Shown in pieces: positions 38,853 to 49,066 of a DNA stretch of 49,066 bases. The position numbers and the translations under genes were made by a program. The notes below the pieces were generated by a model. The model saw nothing but the letters and a program-made list of their open reading frames with translations, had not been told where the DNA came from and did no database searches. The stretch covers positions 1,612,001 through 1,661,066 of the forward strand of contig NOWV01000001.1 in the NCBI GenBank assembly GCA_003344405.1, written 5' to 3'. How positions within the stretch are numbered: position 1 is the first letter of the stretch; each line of letters starts with the position of its first letter. The stretch comes from Trichoplax sp. H2 (lineage: Eukaryota).

Positions 38853-41774
38853 ATTATTAATTTATTCCTACGAGTAAGGAATATCGAAAATTTTTCATTA
38901 CTATTTAAACTGATTGATAGAGGTAATACCGCATTTGCTAAATGAGTCGAAATAAAATATTTTCTATAATATTTGAAGAAACTTTTGAAATTTAGAATTA
39001 TCACACCAATAGGTGTTACAATGGATTATAAAGATAACGGGCATCATGCATTAAATTTAAAGTTAGGTATAGCATATAGATTACTCTGTATTACAAATAA
39101 ACAAATATATATACATGCTTGGTAAATACAGTTATAAAGCCTTTATAGTAAAATACTACGACAGAGAATATCGTTCCTGGTACTCTCTATAAATTAAAAA
39201 GATGATATATTATAGTATACTGTACATTTCATGATATCTTTCTTTTATTTTCATAGACTATCAAAGAACTTAAATCGTCAGATAAAAAATATATTATCTA
39301 CAATAACATAGTAGTAAACGAAAATAAACCTTTTGCTATATTTGTAAAGCAGATTTCGTCATAGCTATCGGTAATAGATCAATTCCTAACTAGAATAGTT
39401 TTACTTTCACCGGTATGGCTATTACAGTATAATGGATAGCGGCAGGTAAAACCTCTATTTTCTGCTGACTATAAGCCGTAGCAATGATATGAATCAGATG
39501 GACAATATTAAATATTTGTTATAATCTGTCGATAAAATCTGAGTTAGTCTCTAAGTATAGAAACTTTCTTTCAATTTAAGATTTACATTTATAGTAACTA
39601 TAATGCGTAATGTTCTGAATAAGTGACTAACTTAAGATAAAACACGGAAAATCAACAGATTTATCAAACAAATAAAATTGTAATAACACTAGGATTAGTA
39701 GAGCACTTACAAAGATTATGCTTTTGAAGAAAAATTTCTATAGTTTAATGTAACTAGATAGAATCATCCTTGCCATAAAACTGCTTAAAAGTAAGGGAAA
39801 TTTGAAAACATTGTTAATTAGTCAGATGGCTTTAATCCGTTTTGGATGCTCATTAGGTACTTCTAACACCTACAGTACTTAGTTTTCGTCGTAGTTTTTC
39901 CGCAACAGAATCGAGTAATCAATTAATTCTTAAAGTATAATATTGTTATTAACATGAGATTCAAGTTATCCATTTTAAAATACGCCAGGAAAAACTTGAT
40001 GACACTAGTTTGATCAAATCTAGGGATGTTACATTGGATTAGAAACTTAATGGAAAGGTAATTTATAAGTTACTGCAAGTAATAGCATGGTTTATACTAA
40101 TAGTATAACTGAAATGTGAATTATAAATTATTCAAATAAATTAATCTCTATTATAAAATTCTCTTAATTGTAATAATCGAACACACTAAGCTTTATCTTA
40201 TAAGCAGAAATTAAGCCTGCAGTACATTTACATAGATATTGTTTTGATTAATTAATAACAATTGGAGCAATCAACGCTTTACCGTAGAATTTGACTATGG
40301 ATGTTATTTTCTGACTCGGTAAATAATAAAGAAATAGAATTGCCAAGTTCGGAGAATTACCAGATTAACTATGTGTATGATTATGATTTAATATTTCAAA
40401 GATTTCTTGATGTAAAATTTGATGGAAACCTTTTACGTACTGTATTTCCTTTCATTTATAATTGAGAAAAAATCTTCTTTCACGATGAATTAAGGTATCC
40501 AATGTTTATATCAGCATGTTGAAAGTCTACATCATGATGATGTTGAATTATAGTTAGTTCATACTCAAAATTGATAAACTTTTATGCAAATCGTTATTAG
40601 CTTAGTTACTTAATCAGTTAGTACTCTGGATTACTGTATGCAATTGCAACAAGTAGTTACACACAAAGATATAGTGTATACGAGTTCTTTTCAAAGTTAT
40701 TTATATTCATCTATTTTGAGCCTCCCGATTATTTGTCGAATACTCTTATTGAAATATAATCCTGCAATCCCTTATATTCTACTTCCATATGATGCGAGTA
40801 TATAATTTTAATTCTCAAATGCTTATACTTCGAACTTGTAGTAAGCTATAGAAAGGATATTATCCATATTTATCACATTTGTGATCCCATAACGGGGAAG
40901 TAACATTTTATACTCGTATTTCTATTTTCAGTCGCAACCTGTATCGCATTTAAACAGAAAGTTCGATAGAATTGCATAAGTAGATTCCACGATTTTTTGT
41001 TTTATTTGTACTTTGCAGTAGATTTATTACTCTTCAAGTACAGTCTATTACTTTAACCTCAGCAATTATTAATAGATGCAGCTAATAAATACGGTCATAA
41101 AAATACAGAAATAGGATGTCTATAGCTCTTAATGAAGTAACCATGGCAATATTGATTCAATTTATTTATTGAACGTACAGTATTATCAATCAACTGCATT
41201 TAGCCTATTGAAATTACAAACATGATGATTTGTCTACACATGATATTTGCATACGGTATGCATAATTATTTTGTCAGTCTACCCATAGCATGTCGTTAGT
41301 GTTGAGTTTAGGCTTCTGTAAAGCACTAAACCACCTCTGAGCGCATGGCTTTCACTCTACACTAGTACATTAGAATCCAGTCATCATTCTGCTATTAATA
41401 AATAAGACACTATTTCGAGTTTTCGTCGGAGGCCTTTCTTGCTATCGTATATTTTAATCTCTAGCAATTCGTTAAGCTGTCATTAAGAGAACGTTTTATA
41501 CGGTGCTTGACTTCTTGATTATCGCTTGATTCTATTTTCGGTAGGCTGATTAAAATTATTGATCAAAGATTTTCCGTAAACATTTTAAACACAAACTCAG
41601 CAGCTACTAGCTAGCTATAAATAGTAATTCCAATTACAATAATGCAATCATGTAGCTCAACTTTAATAGCAATTTAGACTCAAGATTTATGAATACATTT
41701 ATTATTAAATATTTCTGCCGTCTAATAATTATAATTTGTTTCTTATACGTTTTACTAGGCCGTAAAATCGAAAA

Positions 41775-44038
41775 ATGCCCTCTCCTGTCGTTATAAATGC
41801 AACCGATTTTTACACTCGATATCGGTTGCAGTTAGATAGCATTCGCAATTTTAGCATACTTAAGTTGCTCTTTTCAATCGGCTGTCTAATATGTTGTATT
41901 CTGTTGGCTACTTTCTTCACATTTTACTTTGATAACGCTTTTATTATAGTTCCTTTTATTGGTTGTAGCATAGTAAGTAATTATGATAACTAAAATTATT
42001 TTATTTTAATGACATCGAACGACTCTCTTATTAAATAATTACTACGGTTCGATGTCGATATTCAAAAAGAGCCAATTGCAGCCACAAGCTTTTAAAATGA
42101 ATCTGTAGGCTACGGATTTTGCATTATAAACTTACACGTACTGTATGATATTACTACAAGCGTATTCTCGAATGTGCTAGAACTGTTTCGGTGACATAGC
42201 TCTTAAATCTTTGATTTATTTATGTTAACCAGACCTTGCAAATTAACTTTAATAGTATCGTATTAGATAGTGATTCGTTAAATAAAATGTTGGTGCCTTA
42301 ACAATGACATACAACGCAAATAAGTACTTGAATGTATCGAATTGTACTAGACGTGTGAGTGTATCCATTTCTCTTAACGTAATTTCGGTACAATCTATAG
42401 TCATTATGATTTTATAAGTCTTCATGCAGCCAATTTAGTCGATTAAGATCTGTTTAACACATTTGTAATTACTAAAGTTACATTATAGGGTGTGTATATA
42501 CTATGATATGATCATTATTGACTATAAACTAATGACAGAAAAACGCTAAATTTTTATGTTTTAGACTATTCTTTCTTCCATCATGAACGCTTATATTTTC
42601 TCAGCAAAAACCCGCCTTGGTACTTTCTTGAGTAACGTAAGTAACTAATAATTTGTAGCATATGTTCTTAATATCTTCAAGCTATCATATGTATATTTTA
42701 CTGTTTTAAACAAGGCAATAATTATCATTAATTAATTTATCACCATAAAGTATCGTCATGTTTACTGTAACATGGTTTTATCGGAGATAAAGTTAACCCT
42801 TTCCAATTTACTCATATATATTTCGTAAGTAATCGACTATAGGAATCCTACATTAGCTCCTATACCTGAAGATTAATACGAATACAGTTGATCATTTCGT
42901 TATTTTGACCGCATCAATTTTGCTTAAAATAAGGATTTTATTTTATCCATTACAACTTGTTTTTAACCAACATTATAGATAACGATTTGTTACGTATCTT
43001 AATTTACATCATCTGATTATCTTGTAATAGATTCTTTAAGTAGAGATGATTCACTCACTAACTCTAGCCTATTAAATTAATCGATTTTGTACAAGTTTGA
43101 TAATGTCTGTGTTGGCAAAAATTCGGCTTTAATTTTTAATAATTACGTTATGATATAAAATAAATTTGATTGCAGTACAGAAACTACTTAAATTTACGAT
43201 AAGTATATTTTTGATCGGTTGAAATATGATCACTACTCTTACATTTAATTATTTCTCTTCACCTATAATAATCCTATATTAGATAGTACCGCAGCATTTT
43301 TTTCTTAGAGAATCACAATCGTTTAAATCTTTTAAATTAAATTTTATGTTTTTACTTGGTCATAAGCCGGCAGGATACCGATATTTCATTGCTGCACTTG
43401 ATCTTCCTCTTGCAGTGGCTTTTGGCATGTATGTTTACTTATGTATTAATGCGCCAAGTGACAACAGGATAAAGCCAACAATTGTCAGTTTTACAGTTCT
43501 CGCCTTCTTAGCACTGTTATCGGCAGGCTATTTCGAGACAACTATGAGAAGTGTATACATCTCGGCATATGTAAGTATGGCAGTGTTTCCTTTATAAAAA
43601 CGGTACATGGTGATATATTAGAAAGTATTGAATGCATTGCTAGGTATAATATACGCATTTTTCAAATACTCGTATATGACCAAGAATTATCATTTTATGG
43701 AGAATGACTTTCTGTGACATAATATTTTAAAGCAAAGTTATCCTGGATAATCATGATTCACTATTAAGTGAGGTATTTTTATTGTCCTTGAATTATAGCT
43801 AAGAGCAGTTCAGATACGGAATCGCAGAAATCAGCGTCGTTCTCGAAATACTAATACGCCTACCAATACCAATGCAAATGTTGAAAGTAGTTATGTTGAC
43901 AATTATAGTAATCCTCCGGTCGCTAACCCGAATGCAATGCCGTCTCGATCTGCAGTTGACGAGCCACCAACAGCCCCTATGGATCTGCCGCCATATGATG
44001 ATGATGATGATGATGATGTGAAGCCATTAGTTCCATAA
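41775..44038 (+). CDS. Gene G: four-TM family protein, 237 aa, tail with PTAP, LPPY, poly-Asp and DxxxLV
   Basis: Exons 41775-41972 (MPSPVVINATDFYTRYRLQLDSIRNFSILKLLFSIG...VPFIGCSI|gtaagt), 42565-42636 (TILSSIMNAYIFSAKTRLGTFLSN|gtaagt), 43367-43570 (PAGYRYFIAALDLPLAVAFGMYVYL...SAY|gtaagt) and 43799-44038 (LRAVQIRNRRNQRRSR...DEPPTAPMDLPPYDDDDDDDVKPLVP*). Closest paralogue of E. AATAAA at 44046. Confidence 0.9.
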
Positions 44039-45044
44039 ATGCGCTAATAAAATGTAGAGAGATATAGATTAATACAACTTCATAGCTGCTATTGGTATTT
44101 ATATATGCAATAATAAATTAATAGTGTCTGACTGTAATTTCTAAATTGACTATTAAATTCACTGATAACTTAAAGAGTTATCTAGTAAAATAGTATGTTA
44201 AAAATTAAAACGAATATTTAGTGTCTAGTTGATTTTAATTGCTTAATAACCACTAAAGACGTGATAGCCGGTAATGGATAGAGATTATATCAGCTGTTAT
44301 GCTCAGTGTAGGATACGATACTGATGGTAGTTTAGATGTAGTTGTAGATATTTTGTTTCTAGCGATATACGTAATACAGTATTTCAATGTTAAATAACTA
44401 TATATTATTGCAAGCGCTGTTCATATTTAATATGGTACTAGTTGAGATGTTAGTATAATAAGTATAATTAAGTCTAATGTAGCTCGGTAGCGATAAGCAA
44501 GTCATTATTTACGGTTAATTATTTGAGGACCGCGTGTAAGGGAGTACATTTGTTTAAGTGTTCTTCTTCTCTGTAAGAGCTACCAGCCGTGAGATATAAC
44601 TGTAAATAAAAACCCATTTCATGGTAACAGAAAGGAGATTAAAATATTTGAGAAAGATACAGCTATGGTTATTCTACTATATAAGACCCAGCTCGAGTAT
44701 TGGTATTTAATAAATACAATAACAATAAATAACGTATGTTAAGTACGCGTAATATAAATTCGCTCACTTATTTTTGTAAGTTAAGGAAAGTCGAATATAG
44801 GAAAGGTACTGTGCTACATTTTACTGTAATTAAGCTTGCCGTATTGTACTGTGTCACTATCCTCAAACCACGAACAGTAACTCGTAATTAATTAATACTA
44901 GTGCAAACTCCCGTCGCTTTACTGACGGTTTACGATAATGTGCTCATTTAACAGAGGTTCAGTAACTATCAGATCGCTGACTAACGAACATTATCCTCTT
45001 AGAAATACTTTTTGTAATATGATATATAGCAATCAAAAATAACC

Positions 45045-45600
45045 GGGACAGGGGAACTATAGTAGGGTAACACTACGAATTGCAAGAGAGCAATAGAACT
45101 AAGAGTACCTACTGATGTGTATCAATCACTTTTCAAATTTCGTTAAGTAACTTTCGTATTAGTATGTTTACCGAATAAGGATGGTTACTATATACAGTAT
45201 AGAAATCAAAAGTAATTGGGACAGGGGAACTACAGTAGGATAACACTACGAATTGCAAGAGAGCAATAGAACTAATAGTACCTACTGATGTGTATCAATC
45301 ACTTCTACCTTCTCAATAATATTTACATAAATCCTACAGATCATTCATTTCTATACCAATTCAAATTTCGTTAAGTAACTTTCATATTAGTAATCGGGAC
45401 AGGGGAACTACAGTAGGATAACACTACGAATTGTAAGAGAGCAATAGAACTAATAGTACTGATGTGTATCAATCACTTCTACCTTCTCAATAATATTCAC
45501 ATAAACCCTACAGATCATTCATTTCTATACCAATTCAAATTTCGTTAAGTAACTTTCGTATTAGTATGTTTACTGAATAAGGATGGTTGCTATATACGGT
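45045..45600. repeat. Tandem repeat, 3 modular copies of ~175 bp
   Basis: Anchor GGGACAGGGGAACTA at 45045, 45218 and 45396, followed by TAACACTACGAATTG.AAGAGAGCAATAGAACTAA; internal modules differ between copies. Confidence 0.92.
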
Positions 45601-46609
45601 ATTAATGCTATGTTAAGGTTGGTGAGCGAAACTTTCAAATATACGTTTATGGTCAATTTCTTAATAAAATTAACAGATAGTATTATCATTCGATATTATA
45701 TATATCCTAGTAACAGTAATATACTATGCTATATTAAGATTAGTTAATGGTCCAGAGCACATTATGATAACTAATGTACAGTGATGGACATACCAAGTTA
45801 AGATTAGCAGGTACTGTAAGATATCTACAGTGCGGTAGAATGTCCTTCGTACTGTGGTCAATTCTATACCAATCATTATAATGTGTCTAAGGATCGCTGT
45901 CGTATGCAAGCAAAGCTTGCTCTGTCGATAACAACCGTTATAAGAAAATGTAACAATCAAAATGGCTGTATAGAAAACTCTATAAAGATTCTATGTTTAT
46001 TCAATTTTCATCAGAATATTACATGAAATCAAAATTTAAAGGCCCAGTGGCCACCCTTAGCGATATAACGAATACTATTTTAATAATCAGTACTCTGCAG
46101 AAATTACTACCTTAGAGCTATTCGTTTTACATGAAGAAATCTTTAGGTTAAAAGTACTGTAAGAATCTTATACTGACCTATTGAAATGAACCCATAATCA
46201 GAGTCATTTAACAGTAGTATAAATACCCCCGCGCTGCTCATTTCAAGGGACGGTGGGTGGGATAAGTTATCTTTTCTGTAAGTTATTCTCATGGAAATTA
46301 TGAATAACTATGTGAACATCGTTGTTATAATTTACTCATGCGATTGTAGATTGATTCCTTCACAAATCTGATTAATGAATTAGATTCTTTTTTGAGTTTC
46401 AAGCCTTTTTCTTTCGTATTACAGTAAAATTTATTTATTTATTTATTACTCACTTCTAAGCGTAGGTATGAGAAGTACTGATATTAACGAACAGTAAATT
46501 TAACATGAACTAACAAGTTTACCTACTGAGTATAATTTTACTGTAAAGAAACTTTTGAATATTTTTATTTCAGTGTACTGTAAGTGGAGAGGTGATCAAT
46601 ATCGAACCC

Positions 46610-46916
46610 TGTAATGAGGGGGGGGGGGAGTTTATGTGTTGTTGTAATTGGATGGGTATATCCTTAGTATGATATGAGAGAGATTCTAAAGGAAGAAGAG
46701 ATCCTTTATTTAGACATAGAGGAGATCATAAGCGTACTCTAAGCAGGAATAGGACAAGGTAGACAATTGTGAGACATGCAATGAGATAAGAATTGAGTAA
46801 TGCATGAATTATCTTATAGAAGTGTATAACTATTTATACAGTAGTGTGCTGCCCTATAGGACTCTACTACAAGACATATCGTAGTTACAACTTTACATGA
46901 AGTACATAATATTACA
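46610..46916 (-). mobile_element. Solo LTR of an LTR retrotransposon (307 bp)
   Basis: Termini TGTAAT...ATTACA (TG...CA, 6-bp inverted). Flanked by a 5-bp TSD, AACCC (46605-46609) and GACCC (46917-46921). The paralogous site at ~33267 has a single GACCC and no insert. On the minus strand TATAAATA (46838-46831) precedes AATAAA (46710-46705), the U3-R-U5 order. Confidence 0.85.
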
Positions 46917-49066
46917 GACCCTATAGTATTTCGCTTTCATTATAAAACACTAATAATACGCAATGATCACAATTTTCAACAAAAGTTGCTTAGATAACTT
47001 AGATAGCAAATCTTACATCTTGTAAAATTACTTTATGACACCAGACATACAAAATTGAGTCGGGTGAATGAATCTATTGCTAAATACACTGGATGATATG
47101 CAGTGCTATGATTTATTTACAAGTTCTTCGATGGTATTTAAGTCAAGCGCTTTATACGTATGGTTTTAAGCCTAAAATTAACAAGCTTTCATGAATGTTT
47201 GGAATAGTATTACAGTTCGTAACGATTTGTTTTAATATCCAATTCATAGTGTAGTGACTCTATTAACAATCATCAAGGTTTTAAATATTGTTAGAGTACC
47301 TTATAAGTTCTACGAAATGGTCACATCAGATATTTATGTACTTGTGTCTAAAAATGCCTATTGGAGTAACTAAGTTCGTAGCTGAGTCTGATTAATCCGC
47401 TGTAGATATTGGCGTAGCGGCCAGTGGATTACCACAAGAATATGCATTTAATACTGCTTCACCCTCAATTTAGCGAAATTACGTATTCTATTCATTGTTA
47501 TTCATCCAGGTTTTGGATCAATCATAATGTACTTAATGGATTAATTGATACAGGTATCTAGATCATAACGGTTTTAAACCGAACCGAACCTTTCTCAGGT
47601 CTAGATACAGCTAGGGCACATAGCTGTCATAATATTTAGTTCAAAGAATCTTTTATTACACTTACTGCAATAGAACAGTAAATAGTTCTAAAAATGGAGT
47701 TAATTTATATATTTTGGCTTAGTCACGATCTGCTATCTTTAATATCATCTTTAATTGAATATTTAAGTAGAAACAATCAGTGATAATTTGTTATGTATAT
47801 AATTATACAGTATTGCATATCATAGCATGCAGCGGATTCATGATTATGGCTAAAGCAGAAAGCTATATATAGAGGCTTCATCTCTTTGATACTGCACATG
47901 TATACTTCAATAACTCGCAATGGCGAATCACATACAATATAGAATTTGGAGAGCAACAGTTCTAGGCTGGACGAGTGTTTGATCCATTTAGCAAAGCCTT
48001 ACGCACAATGTTTTCATTATCCAATTGCAATTATCGAGTTAAAGAGATACTAGAGTGTTTATCTAAAAACGTTAGAGCTCTGTATGAAATTATGCATACC
48101 ATATATTGCCTTACTAGTGTGATTTGCCGAGCAAATAATAACATTTGAAGTACAAGATAAGTTCTTGCAGTTGCATTGATAGCCCTATTCAATGTTAATT
48201 GAATAAAATTACTTTATTACTGATCCTAAGCTATACGGTATATAAAAAATCGCTCAAGACTCATATCCATCGATCAACTTGTATTGATTTCCTTGTATAA
48301 ATTGTTCTTATGGGGTCATTCACAACTATGCCAATTTCGTCATAACTAGGCTGACTAGTGGCCGCTGTCATACTAGTGCAAGCAGTTATACAACTTATAC
48401 GCCTTGATCGCTTTGTCACCAGTTCAGACCTGGCTCGGCAATAACGTTGGAATCGTGATATTGACTGTACTGTGCTTTTACAGGTTCATCTGTCAGTTGT
48501 ATTGAAAGTCTTTAATTTTCGGTTTGAGTGATTATGATAATACTCATTTATTGTGAGCCGGCTTGGATATCACTAGCAATAGTGTTTGCATCAAGTCGAT
48601 TACTGTAGGTTCTTATGATCGACTTGATCCTAGTGTTTTTACGTAGCAGCAACAGCAATTATAATACCGCCAGCTCTAGAGCATCTTAGAAGTTGCTGGT
48701 CTTACCTTGCCTAGACTGCTGTACAGTACTGTACAGTTAGATTTAGCATCTTTCTAAAGTTAATACTGTAAACAAAAATTGAGAGAGTGATCGCCAAGTT
48801 CATTAACGAACCTGAGAAACGTTCAGATGCGGAAATTTCAGCCTTCTTAGACTTGAACTTTAAGACATGGTGACTAAAAGTTAGTTGGTTAATGAAAATG
48901 GAGGAATGTATGGGCAGGGATTACTTAATAACTTTCGAGCAGCCCCTGTTTTAAAGGGGGGAGGGACCTAAGTAGGCACCGCGTAGATCATGGGGATCTC
49001 CGAATGCGTCATTAACTAACTCTTCGATGTCCACGTGACCATCAAACAAGGCATACAGTACAGTAC

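Larger units (their letters stand above)
44312..49066 (+). repeat. Copy 2 of the collinear segmental duplication (downstream of gene G, runs off the window end)
   Basis: Same ordered anchors as 30987-34570, with extra sequence in this copy (tandem array, solo LTR, ~400 bp at ~48570-48970). Confidence 0.8.

Overview
AT-rich, intron-containing eukaryotic (animal-like) genomic DNA. The compact GT-AG introns and base composition are compatible with a small invertebrate genome such as a placozoan, but that is inference only. The supplied ORF track shows only exon fragments. Splicing by hand reveals a tandem cluster of six paralogous 4-exon genes (B-G, all coding introns phase 0) encoding small four-transmembrane proteins. 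Gene B has an MS4A/CD20-like GIWSG-F..SG.LG signature. The last exon encodes a highly variable cytosolic tail: PPxY/LPxY motifs in D, E, F and G, PTAP plus an acidic dileucine-like signal in G, and a PDZ-type C-terminus in C. Gene C appears to have a disrupted exon 2. Also present are a 96-aa single-pass membrane microprotein gene with a calcineurin PxIxIT-like motif and a PKA site, four tandem-repeat arrays (three around or inside the inverted gene D), and a collinear segmental duplication (E-spacer-F versus G-spacer-?). One duplicate carries a 307-bp TG...CA solo LTR with a 5-bp target-site duplication, and the empty site is visible in the other copy. Other elements are a 211-bp near-identical direct repeat flanking gene F, a (CAGTA/TACTG)n palindromic satellite, and a GC-richer hairpin-dense island. 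No tRNA, rRNA or CRISPR was recognised.
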